A stretch of 64,000 nucleotides of DNA from IMG/VR virus record IMGVR_UViG_3300035698_029839, positions 233,711-297,710 of that record; one strand, 5' to 3'. The notes beneath the pieces are model-generated. The model was given only the letters and a program-made list of their open reading frames with translations, had not been told where the DNA came from and ran no database searches. Positions 10,311 to 17,854 of the stretch are shown here, piece by piece; positions within the stretch are counted from its first letter, which is position 1; every line of letters begins with the position of its first letter. Made by a program: the position numbers and the translations under genes.

Positions 10311-11273
10311 ATGAATAATAATGTTAAAAAGTTATCAGATATTGAAGCAAGTCCTGTTATTAGGAACAGAACATGGTTTAATGATCTTGATCAAGTATAT
10401 GGAACGAGTATTTCTCCTACTCATAATCTTGGTATGCCTAAAGGTAAGATTAGCTTATGGGCAGGAGAAAGAGGAGTTGGTAAGAGTAGATTGTGTATTG
10501 AGGTAGTCAAGAAATTTACTACTAACTATTCTGATGGTAAGGTTTTATATTTTCTAACAGAAGCTCCTTTGAATGATTTTGCTCAATGGGCAGTTGATGA
10601 TAATTGGCATTATAAGCATATGGTAGAATGTAGTGGTGCTAATAAGATAGATGAGATGGTTGAAATTATTTATCAAGTTAGGCCAAAACTTATATTTATT
10701 GATAGTGTTAACCAGATTGAAGATTTTACAGGCACTGCCAAATCTGCTAAAAGGCTTATAGATGGTGTTGAAGATATAAAAGGTTTAAGAGAAGCTACTT
10801 ATGATGTAGGTGCTCACTTAATCTTATTAGGTCAGATGAATGGAGATGGAAAGACTATTAAAGGTGGTTCAAGTTTGCCTCACTTGGTAGATATAGAGTT
10901 ATATGTAGTTATTGAAGATAAGAATAAGGGTTTATTTAGAATAGAAGTAGGTACAAAGCATAGATATGGCAGAACAGATAGAACTGCTAGGTTCCTGCAT
11001 ACTGACTATGGAGTAAATGAGGCATCTGAATCAGTTACTAATGATTTACCTGATGGTTATAGAAGAGTTTCAGGTTTGAGTCAGAGTGGTTTTATTACTG
11101 TTGGTCCTGATGGCTTGGCAGATACCAATGATCCTGAGTTTTTAGAGCATTTGGAGGCACATAGGTTAATTAACAATATGAACTCTGAATCTGTCTATGA
11201 TCCTGGTGATCCTGGTTTAGGATTACATATTAAGAACAGGGTTCCTACTTTATGGGAAAGATTTATTGGATAA
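10311..11273 (+). CDS. RadA/Sms-like RecA-superfamily ATPase
   Basis: Walker A GERGVGKS, Walker B IFIDS, GGSSLPHLVD and KHRYG matching RadA LEHxVD and KNRFG; GGAGG RBS favours ATG 10311. Confidence 0.8.
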   Translation: MNNNVKKLSDIEASPVIRNRTWFNDLDQVYGTSISPTHNLGMPKGKISLWAGERGVGKSRLCIEVVKKFTTNYSDGKVLYFLTEAPLNDFAQWAVDDNWHYKHMVECSGANKIDEMVEIIYQVRPKLIFIDSVNQIEDFTGTAKSAKRLIDGVEDIKGLREATYDVGAHLILLGQMNGDGKTIKGGSSLPHLVDIELYVVIEDKNKGLFRIEVGTKHRYGRTDRTARFLHTDYGVNEASESVTNDLPDGYRRVSGLSQSGFITVGPDGLADTNDPEFLEHLEAHRLINNMNSESVYDPGDPGLGLHIKNRVPTLWERFIG

Positions 11274-11543
11274 AGTTCTTGTAAAGTGAAAGAGCTTTGG
11301 TTATAATTTTTTTAAAGAAGAGCCCATTCTTATGTAAAATGAGTAAGGATAGGTACTTGAGTCTTTTTTCTATTAACAAATTTAACAATTCGTTAATATA
11401 TTCTTTAAAAAAATTAAAAAGTAGAGATAAAGTTATTGAAAAGTGAAAGTGAGTTAGTATAATAAGAGATATTGTATCACCCCTCCTCCTTTGGGGAGAA
11501 TGATATTTTTTATTGTTTTCCCCAAAATTTTTAAATTAGGGGG

Positions 11544-11572
11544 TTGACAAGTGAAAGTAGATGTGATAGTAT
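11544..11572 (+). promoter_or_regulatory. sigma70-type promoter with AAGTGAAAG spacer box
   Basis: TTGACA-N17-TAGTAT with TG extended -10. Confidence 0.75.
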
Positions 11573-11578
11573 AGAGAT

Positions 11579-11762
11579 TCGCGATAGGAGGTTCTTAATT
11601 GAACTGGCTTATCTATGCGGGTCGATGATTCGTGAATAAGGGGAGAATAGGGATATTAATTTATCTCTATTACTCCTAACTATAAATGGGACTTAGACGG
11701 TTCCCATCGTTACTATGGTTATAGTAGTGAGAGGTACTGGGTTACTTCTCGCTACTATTTTT
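11579..11762 (+). ncRNA. unknown structured small RNA
   Basis: strong promoter, several hairpins, long terminal hairpin plus T run, no long ORF. Confidence 0.5.
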
Positions 11763-11864
11763 AAAAAAGATTAAAGAAAAAAAAAGGATTATCCGATAGT
11801 AGTTAATAAATAGAAAGTAATTAGTTTTTGTTCGAGAAAATACAAATTAAGGAATAAACAAGAG

Positions 11865-12017
11865 ATGACTATCTCAACCAGAAATCCTGTTGTCGCAAAT
11901 TTACGAAGAAGAAACCATACCTTGGCAGTGCAGCCGATAAGCTGTGCCTTTATTGGTCAAAGGTATGCGGATATGCTCTGGTCCAATTGTCCTGAAAAGA
12001 AACATGGATCGGGGTAG
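11865..12017 (+). CDS. putative attenuator leader peptide, 50 aa
   Basis: MTISTRNPVVANLRRRNHTLAVQPISCAFIGQRYADMLWSNCPEKKHGSG*; AAGGA RBS; stop lies inside the antiterminator arm. Confidence 0.7.
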   Translation: MTISTRNPVVANLRRRNHTLAVQPISCAFIGQRYADMLWSNCPEKKHGSG

Positions 12018-12078
12018 TCGCTTTTGAATTTATAGTTCCTCGTTCAAAGGCGATTACCAAAGGTAATCGTCTTTTTTT
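12013..12078 (+). terminator. mutually exclusive antiterminator/terminator (attenuator)
   Basis: 12013-12028 pairs with 12043-12058 (16 bp); alternatively 12046-12058 pairs with 12062-12074, with T run to 12078. Confidence 0.85.
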
Positions 12079-12236
12079 ATTAGAAAAAAGTAAAGAGAAA
12101 AATGGAAACAATAGAAATGTTTAGAGAAATAGCGAAAGTTGATAAGATTCAGGAAAATCATAATGATTTTTATGAAATGGCTGAGAAGTATGGATTTTGT
12201 ACTCCTTGGAGTAATTGTGAAGAGGGTAATGAGTAT

Positions 12237-12274
12237 AGTTCTTTAAAAACGTAATGAATATAGTTCTTTAAAAA
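12237..12274 (+). promoter_or_regulatory. tandem boxA-like antitermination sites
   Basis: AGTTCTTTAAAAA twice; similar at 13263 and 16084. Confidence 0.55.
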
Positions 12275-12298
12275 GTAAATAGTATTATCACTTAAAAT

Positions 12299-12371
12299 TG
12301 TCCTTTAGTGTAATGGCTTAGCACGATTGCCTTTGACGCAATCAGTCGAAGTTCGAATCTTCGGAGGACAG
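12299..12371 (+). tRNA. tRNA-Gln(TTG)
   Basis: cloverleaf; ATTGC-CT TTG AC-GCAAT. Confidence 0.9.
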
Positions 12372-12468
12372 CTATGAATAGGATAATGTATAAAAATAAA
12401 AAAAGGAGTATTCCCCTATTATCAGAATATATATAATATAAAGTACATTTTAATAATAGGAGATTGTA

Positions 12469-13182
12469 ATGAAACAAAAAACAGGGCCTAAAAGGACTAG
12501 TATTATATGGCAGATGTCAAAAAAAGATTTTACAGAAAATGTGAAAAAAAGTTCTACTTTTAAAGAGATATTAAAATATTTTGGATTAGAAAATAAAGGT
12601 AGCAATTACAAAACATTAAAAAAAAGATTAGAGGAAGAAAATATAAATTATTCTCATATTCCTACAGGAGTAGGATGTAACAAAGGAATGAAAATAAATA
12701 GAAAAGCTATCTCATTAGAAAAAGTAATGATAGAAAATTCTACTTATTGCAGGGGGACTCTTAAAAAAAGATTATTAAAGAATGGTATGTTAGAAAATAA
12801 ATGTATGATCTGTGATCAACTACCTGAACATAATGGGATTAAATTAGTAATGGTTTTAGATCATATTAATGGAACTCCTAATGATCATAGATTAGAAAAT
12901 TTAAGATTACTTTGTCCTAATTGCAATAGCCAACAATCAACTTTTGCTGGAAAAAGGCATAAAAAACATTATTATTGTGAAAAATGTGGGAATAAAAGAA
13001 AAAATAAACAAAGTAAATATTGTTTTAGTTGTTCTGTTAAATTAAATGGGCAAAATAGAAGAAAAGTTAAAAATAGACCATCTAAAGAAAAATTATTAAA
13101 AGAAATAAAAGAAACTAATTATTGTGCTGTTGGTAGAAAATATGATGTAAGTGATAGTGCTATTAGAAAATGGTTGAAATGA
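12469..13182 (+). CDS. HNH homing endonuclease
   Basis: LDHING..DHRLENLRLLCPNCNS; paralog of 15078. Confidence 0.9.
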   Translation: MKQKTGPKRTSIIWQMSKKDFTENVKKSSTFKEILKYFGLENKGSNYKTLKKRLEEENINYSHIPTGVGCNKGMKINRKAISLEKVMIENSTYCRGTLKKRLLKNGMLENKCMICDQLPEHNGIKLVMVLDHINGTPNDHRLENLRLLCPNCNSQQSTFAGKRHKKHYYCEKCGNKRKNKQSKYCFSCSVKLNGQNRRKVKNRPSKEKLLKEIKETNYCAVGRKYDVSDSAIRKWLK

Positions 13183-13185
13183 TAT

Positions 13186-13259
13186 TCCCATGTAACTCAA
13201 TTAGGCAGAGTGGCACGCTGTTAACGTGTTGGTTGTAGGTTCGATTCCTACCGTGGGAG
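13186..13259 (+). tRNA. tRNA-Asn(GTT)
   Basis: cloverleaf. Confidence 0.9.
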
Positions 13260-13371
13260 TTCGATTCTTTGAAAAGTAAATAGGGGTTCCAAAAGGAACA
13301 CACATTGTGTTAAGTTTTAATTACTAACACATGGAGAGGTATAGCACTGAGTGGTATCTCTCCATGTTTTC

Positions 13372-13445
13372 TGACCTATAGCTTATGTGGGAAAAGCATT
13401 CGTCTTATAAGCGAAAGAGTCCAGGTTCGAATCCTGGTGGGTCAA
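13372..13445 (+). tRNA. tRNA-Ile(TAT)
   Basis: TTCGT-CT TAT AA-GCGAA. Confidence 0.85.
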
Positions 13446-13448
13446 TAT

Positions 13449-13521
13449 AGGCATAAAGCTCAGCAGGCAGAGCATCGTGCTGATATCACGAAGGCCGTTG
13501 GTTCGAATCCAGCTATGCCTA
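13449..13521 (+). tRNA. tRNA-Ile(GAT)
   Basis: cloverleaf. Confidence 0.9.
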
Positions 13522-13589
13522 TTAGAAAGAGGAATTCTTCTTTTTTTCCCGAAATAATATAGAATAAAGGACAAAAGGGAGAATTCATC

Positions 13590-13808
13590 ATGAAAGAAGT
13601 CTTGATAGAATTAGTAAAAAGGGTAAGTAGGAAAGCAGTTATATTAGCAATAGCTATGGTGTTGGTATATATGGTTATTATAACACCGAATGCCGTAAAT
13701 GCAGTGATAGCTATAGGGGTGATTTCTGGTTTATCAATAGTAGGAGCAGGACTTCAATTTTATTTAGATCTTAAAAAGATCAAAGATGACGAAACAGATA
13801 AAATTTAA
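13590..13808 (+). CDS. small two-TM membrane protein (holin-like topology)
   Basis: two TM helices, charged tail, AGGA-N17-GAAA promoter. Confidence 0.6.
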   Translation: MKEVLIELVKRVSRKAVILAIAMVLVYMVIITPNAVNAVIAIGVISGLSIVGAGLQFYLDLKKIKDDETDKI

Positions 13809-13947
13809 GCAGGTTGAATGTGAGTAAGTTATCGCTTATGGAGCCTGATGTGGATGGTTCGATTCCTCCTCTCTCGATTACAAATTGTTCGAGAGATAGC
13901 TTAACGGTAGAGCGCAGTAAAAACACTTATTCCTCCCACATATCTGC
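13809..13947 (+). ncRNA. Y-RNA(YrlA)-like RNA 1 with permuted tRNA module
   Basis: GCAGGTTGA..GTTATCG / CATATCTGC terminal stem; T arm, loop-closed acceptor TCTCTCGA/TCGAGAGA, then D arm. Confidence 0.75.
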
Positions 13948-13960
13948 TTTTTTAAACTTA

Positions 13961-14052
13961 GAAATATGGTGATAGGGCCTACAAAGCTTGGGTCAGCCAA
14001 CTACCCTAGGGACGCAAGTCATTGGTCTGGGGTCGAGTCCCAGTCATATTTC
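13961..14052 (+). ncRNA. non-canonical tRNA-like RNA
   Basis: 9-bp acceptor GAAATATGG/TCATATTTC, T arm CTGGG-GTCGAGT-CCCAG, atypical D and anticodon arms. Confidence 0.5.
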
Positions 14053-14060
14053 TCTTTTTT

Positions 14061-14134
14061 ACCCGCTTCGCTTAGTTGGCTAAAGCATCTGTCCTACAAA
14101 CAGAAGATCGTAGGTTCGAGTCCTATCGCGGGTA
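14061..14134 (+). tRNA. tRNA-Val(TAC)
   Basis: cloverleaf, C33. Confidence 0.85.
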
Positions 14135-14136
14135 TT

Positions 14137-14260
14137 ACACAGGTTGATCGCATGAAGGTTATCGGATAAAACATTTTTTCTTCAAACAAAAAATGCAAGT
14201 AGGGTTCAAACCCTTACAACCCAGAAATGGGAAAATTCTTCTGCACTAACATATCTGTGT
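14137..14260 (+). ncRNA. Y-RNA-like RNA 2
   Basis: ACACAGGTTGA..GTTATCG / CATATCTGTGT; T-arm-like hairpin and short closed stem. Confidence 0.7.
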
Positions 14261-14263
14261 TTT

Positions 14264-14334
14264 CCCCTATTGGTGTAATGGGAGCACGTGGCACTGTCGA
14301 TGCCAGGGCAGCAGATCGAAACTGCTATGGGGGG
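14264..14334 (+). tRNA. tRNA-Asp(GTC)
   Basis: cloverleaf, T loop ATCGAAA. Confidence 0.8.
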
Positions 14335-14339
14335 TTTTT

Positions 14340-14421
14340 GAGAGTATTGAGCAATTGGTGGCTTATCTGGCTGTAACCCAGATTCTGAAAAGACTTGTAG
14401 GTTCGAATCCTTCTGCTCTCA
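14340..14421 (+). tRNA. tRNA-Tyr(GTA)
   Basis: cloverleaf with variable arm. Confidence 0.85.
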
Positions 14422-14546
14422 TTTGGAGTTACTATGAATAAGAATTCTAGAAACTTATTTTAGTACTTTAGTCGTCTAAGGGCAAGGATACCTGTGCAAG
14501 CAGGAGATATGGTGTTCGAGTCGTCATCTAAATATTACTCCTAAAT

Positions 14547-14637
14547 GGTAAGTTGGCAGAGTCTGGCTTATTGCACTTGGTTGCTAACCAAGAGGGCCTT
14601 GAATAAGGTCCCATAGGTTCAAATCCTATACTTACCG
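14547..14637 (+). tRNA. tRNA-Ser(GCT)
   Basis: long variable arm, G73. Confidence 0.9.
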
Positions 14638-14719
14638 TTAGTGTGGAAAGCCGCACACGTAGTTACTTCCTTTTCGAAGGAGCAGACTAGGCTTGACGAA
14701 GGGGAAGAGACTCCTAACT

Positions 14720-14806
14720 GGATGAGCAAGCAGATTGGTGACTGCACTGGTTTTGAAAACCAACGAGCCTTTAAAAGCCTTGAGAGTTCGATTCCCTCCT
14801 CATCCG
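14720..14806 (+). tRNA. tRNA-Ser(TGA)
   Basis: long variable arm, G73. Confidence 0.85.
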
Positions 14807-14812
14807 CTTATT

Positions 14813-14885
14813 AGCGATATGGTGAAAATGGTAATCATAGATCCTTCATAAGGATCAGTTCCTGGTTCGATTCCAGATATCGCTA
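14813..14885 (+). tRNA. tRNA with CAT anticodon (elongator Met likely)
   Basis: GATCC-TT CAT AA-GGATC. Confidence 0.8.
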
Positions 14886-14893
14886 TTTATCAA

Positions 14894-14969
14894 CTGAACG
14901 TGGGGAAGTTTGGCCTAACCCGCCTGGTCTGGAGCCAGGAGAACGCTGGTTCAAATCCAGCCGTTCAGA
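14894..14969 (+). tRNA. tRNA-Pro(TGG) variant 1
   Basis: loop TC TGG AG. Confidence 0.8.
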
Positions 14970-15077
14970 TTTTGTAACACCGAATAGAAAATAAGCAGTC
15001 AAGACATATGTTTTATTAAAGGAATCCTGTCTTTTATGTCGAATATATAGATATAAGTTATTTAGATAGGAGATAAA

Positions 15078-15767
15078 ATGAGAAAAAGAACAAGTGTTGT
15101 GTGGAAGATATCAATAGAAGAATTAAAAAAGATAGTAAAAAAGAATGATAGTTTTGCAAAAATTTTAAAACATTTTGGGATGGCAATAGCAAGTGGAAAC
15201 TATAAAACATTAAAAAAAAGATTAAATTATGAAAATATAAGTTATTCTCATATATCTCAAGGGCTTAATAATAATAAAGGAAGAAAATTTCCAGAAAGAG
15301 CTATTCCCTTAAAAGAAGTAATGGTAAAAAACTCTACCTATTGTAGGGGAACTCTTAAAAAAAGATTATTAAAAAAGGGTTTATTAGAAAATAAATGTAA
15401 TATTTGTGGACAAATTTCTGAACATAATAATATTAAGTTAATAATGGTTTTAGATCATATAAATGGAGTTTCTAATGATCATCGCGTAGAGAATTTAAGA
15501 TTGCTTTGTCCTAATTGTAATAGCCAACAAAAAACATTTGCGGGAAGAAATTCTGTAAGAAAAAAATATAACTGTATTACTTGTGGTAAAAAAATTACAA
15601 AACATTCAAAATTGTGTAAAAGTTGCAGTGCTAGATTGCAAAAAAGAAAAGTTAAAAATAGACCTTCAGTAGAACAATTATTAAAAGAAATAAAAGAAAC
15701 TAATTATTGTGTTGTTGGTAGGAAATATGAAGTAAGTGATAATGCAGTAAGAAAATGGTTAAAATAA
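15078..15767 (+). CDS. HNH homing endonuclease
   Basis: LDHING..DHRVENLRLLCPNCNS. Confidence 0.9.
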   Translation: MRKRTSVVWKISIEELKKIVKKNDSFAKILKHFGMAIASGNYKTLKKRLNYENISYSHISQGLNNNKGRKFPERAIPLKEVMVKNSTYCRGTLKKRLLKKGLLENKCNICGQISEHNNIKLIMVLDHINGVSNDHRVENLRLLCPNCNSQQKTFAGRNSVRKKYNCITCGKKITKHSKLCKSCSARLQKRKVKNRPSVEQLLKEIKETNYCVVGRKYEVSDNAVRKWLK

Positions 15768-15769
15768 AA

Positions 15770-15841
15770 GGCCCATTCTTCTAGTGGCTAGGATATCAGG
15801 GTTTCATCCTGAAAACAGCGGTCCGACTCCGCTATGGGCTA
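15770..15841 (+). tRNA. tRNA-Glu(TTC)
   Basis: cloverleaf. Confidence 0.85.
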
Positions 15842-15890
15842 TTTAATCAAGGCAGAAACTGAGGGTTCGAGTCCCTTCCAGAGTATTCCT

Positions 15891-15962
15891 GCTCTTCTGG
15901 TGTAACGGTTAGCATCCGTGATTCTCAGTCACGAGATAGGGGTCCGACTCCCCTGAAGAGTA
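15891..15962 (+). tRNA. tRNA-Glu(CTC)
   Basis: cloverleaf. Confidence 0.85.
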
Positions 15963-16030
15963 TTTTTCCTCTTATAAGTCCTTGTCTTTTATGGATTTAA
16001 AAAAATATTAAAAAAATTGGAAAAAAGTTA

Positions 16031-16096
16031 TTGAAAAGTGAAAGAAAATCCGATATAGTAATATCATCATAACGAAAGTTATGACTTCTTTTACAA
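16031..16096 (+). promoter_or_regulatory. promoter plus boxB/boxA-like leader for the ncRNA operon
   Basis: TTGAAA-N17-TATAGT; TCATAAC-GAAA-GTTATGA hairpin then ACTTCTTTTACAA. Confidence 0.6.
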
Positions 16097-16115
16097 GTTA
16101 ATAGAGAGAAAAAAG

Positions 16116-16186
16116 AAACGGGTTGAAGTCTAAAAGTTATCGATCCTTGAAAATCAAACACACTTTTTGACACACCATATCCGTTT
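16116..16186 (+). ncRNA. Y-RNA-like RNA 3 (minimal)
   Basis: ACGGGTTGA..GTTATCG / CATATCCGT. Confidence 0.65.
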
Positions 16187-16201
16187 TTTCTAAAATATGC
16201 A

Positions 16202-16456
16202 TGTGGGTTGATTGATATTGGTTATCGATAATTACTGTGAAAAAGTGCAAGTAAGGATCAAAAAAGAGATTTAGGTAAAGTTAGATTGAGATCACGCCAA
16301 TCAATAAATCTAATGGGAAGACTGAAGATCTTTAAGAGAACCTAGGTTGAAACATACTAAAGGCTTTGTACTGTAAATTTCCCAAAACTTTGTTTAGTCC
16401 TTAGATATCCATGAGATATAAAAAAGGACATCTCCAATTTCTCCAACATATCCACA
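16202..16456 (+). ncRNA. Y-RNA-like RNA 4 with about 200-nt insert
   Basis: TGTGGGTTGA..GTTATCG / CATATCCACA. Confidence 0.65.
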
Positions 16457-16465
16457 GGCGTTTAT

Positions 16466-16537
16466 CTGAGGGTCGTCTAATCAGGATACCTCCTGTTAGG
16501 GGAGGAGATGTAGGTGTGACTCCTACTCCTTAGACCA
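16466..16537 (+). ncRNA. non-canonical tRNA-like RNA A, CCA-encoded
   Basis: cloverleaf, D loop lacks GG, T loop TGTGACT, anticodon loop TGTTAGG. Confidence 0.7.
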
Positions 16538-16540
16538 TTT

Positions 16541-16632
16541 TGCTCGGTAGTTTAAATATAAAACAGTTGCTCTGTTAATCATTTATGATTGCTTGCAACA
16601 GATGGTAGGAGTGATGCCTACCCTGAACACCA
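16541..16632 (+). ncRNA. non-canonical tRNA-like RNA B, extended anticodon arm, CCA-encoded
   Basis: GTTGC/GCAAC stem with distal hairpin; GGTAGG/CCTACC T stem. Confidence 0.65.
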
Positions 16633-16639
16633 AAATTAT

Positions 16640-16709
16640 ATTAGAGTAGTCTAATCAAGATACCCCCGTTGAGGGGGAGATGTAGGTGTGACTCCTACCT
16701 CTAATGCCA
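16640..16709 (+). ncRNA. non-canonical tRNA-like RNA C, paralog of A
   Basis: ATTAGAG/CTCTAAT-G-CCA; T arm identical to A; 5-nt anticodon loop. Confidence 0.7.
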
Positions 16710-16715
16710 ATATAT

Positions 16716-16895
16716 GTTAGGGTCTGCTCGAAAGAATTTATTCAGAGATGGGCTGTGAGCTATAAGTTTTGTTAAATGAGTTGGATGACTTGTTTAACGA
16801 AATGGGTTCGCAAAGTCAAAGAGGAAGTGTCTTACACATCCAAAGGTGAGCATGGATCAGAGACTTCGGAGGTTTGAATCCTCCCCCCAACACCA
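16716..16895 (+). ncRNA. 180-nt RNA with tRNA-like acceptor, T arm and CCA
   Basis: GTTAGGG/CCCCAAC-A-CCA, GGAGG-TTTGAAT-CCTCC, internal long hairpin. Confidence 0.6.
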
Positions 16896-16911
16896 ATTTT
16901 CATTTTTTTAC

Positions 16912-16998
16912 TGTTAGGTAGTTTAAGTAAAAAACAGTTATTAAGGCACACCCCTGTTTTGATAGCAGATGATAGGTGAGATACCTATCCCTTACACA
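16912..16998 (+). ncRNA. non-canonical tRNA-like RNA E, paralog of B
   Basis: 10-bp anticodon arm, GATAGG/CCTATC T stem. Confidence 0.6.
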
Positions 16999-17104
16999 TT
17001 GGGTAGCTTATGGGTAAAGTTGGTTATTGAGTCGATTAAAGGTTTATAGTGCTTTTAGTCAATGCCTTAATAACAGAAGGATGGGTCCGATTCCCTCCCC
17101 CGAT
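16998..17104 (+). ncRNA. non-canonical tRNA-like RNA F, very long anticodon arm
   Basis: ATTGGG/CCCGAT, D arm, GTTATTGAG/CTTAATAAC, T loop TCCGATT. Confidence 0.55.
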
Positions 17105-17135
17105 ATTTTTCTCTCTATCAGTTTAAAAAAATAAT

Positions 17136-17209
17136 TGCGGAGTAGAGCAGTCTGGCAGCTTGTCAGCCTCATAAGCTGAAGGTCGGAGGTTCAAATCCTT
17201 CCTCCGCTA
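17136..17209 (+). tRNA. tRNA-Met(CAT), initiator-like
   Basis: 1:72 mismatch, fMet-like D arm; lacks the three G-C anticodon-stem pairs. Confidence 0.8.
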
Positions 17210-17211
17210 TT

Positions 17212-17349
17212 GAAGTAAGTGGTTGTTGATATTCGTCAGATAAGGCAAATTCTAATTTTTCTCATGTCAAAAATAAGAGGCCTTTGTTATAATTCAAACA
17301 TGATTGGATTATGATGATTCGGAATATTGACTGGCCAGCCACTTACTTC
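17212..17349 (+). ncRNA. unknown rod-shaped RNA
   Basis: 14-bp terminal stem GAAGTAAGTGGTTG/CAGCCACTTACTTC plus inner stems. Confidence 0.5.
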
Positions 17350-17379
17350 TTCATTTTTCTTACACCGAATCATTATTTC

Positions 17380-17454
17380 CTGAACGTGGGAAAGCTTGGC
17401 CTAATCCGCGAGCTTTGGAAGCTCGAGACGCCAGTTCAAATCTGGCCGTTCTGA
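17380..17454 (+). tRNA. tRNA-Pro(TGG) variant 2
   Basis: loop TT TGG AA. Confidence 0.85.
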
Positions 17455-17457
17455 TAA

Positions 17458-17531
17458 CTCTCAGTGGGAAAGCTTGGTATTCCGTCTGGTTTGGGACCAG
17501 AAGATCAGAGGTTCGAATCCTCTCTGAGAGA
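17458..17531 (+). tRNA. tRNA-Pro(TGG) variant 3
   Basis: loop TT TGG GA. Confidence 0.85.
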
Positions 17532-17540
17532 TTAACCAAA

Positions 17541-17667
17541 GTGGGTTGATAGATAGTAGGTTATCGCTTATAACGAAGTGGTTGTGAGTTCGAGTCTCAC
17601 CGCGGAGGCAACTCTGTGTAGCTCAATGGCAGAGCACTAAAAATTCTATTGTCGCTAACACATCCAC
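17541..17667 (+). ncRNA. Y-RNA(YrlA)-like RNA 5 with permuted tRNA module
   Basis: T arm GTGAG-TTCGAGT-CTCAC, acceptor CGCGGAG-GCAA-CTCTGTG, D arm GCTC-AATGGCA-GAGC. Confidence 0.8.
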
Positions 17668-17700
17668 GGTTTTTTTAATAGTATAGCACTGAATAGTGTT

Positions 17701-17771
17701 GGGGGTATCGTCCAACGGGAAGACATCTGGTTTGCAACCAGAAAATAAGAGTTCGATTCTCTTTACCTCCA
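17701..17771 (+). tRNA. tRNA-Ala(TGC)
   Basis: G3:U70. Confidence 0.9.
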
Positions 17772-17778
17772 TTCTCTT

Positions 17779-17852
17779 GGGGACGCATGTGCCAAGGGTG
17801 GCGAGAGACCTTTGCAAGGTATCTGTGGTCAGTTCGATTCTGATCGTCTCCA
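17779..17852 (+). tRNA. tRNA-Ala(TGC), second copy
   Basis: G3:U70. Confidence 0.8.
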
Positions 17853-17854
17853 TT

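Noticed and set aside
11579-11762. CsrB-like sponge for the phage CsrA
   Set aside because: GGA motifs are few and lie mostly in stems rather than hairpin loops.
13961-14052. tRNA-Sec
   Set aside because: Long acceptor stem but no TCA anticodon loop.
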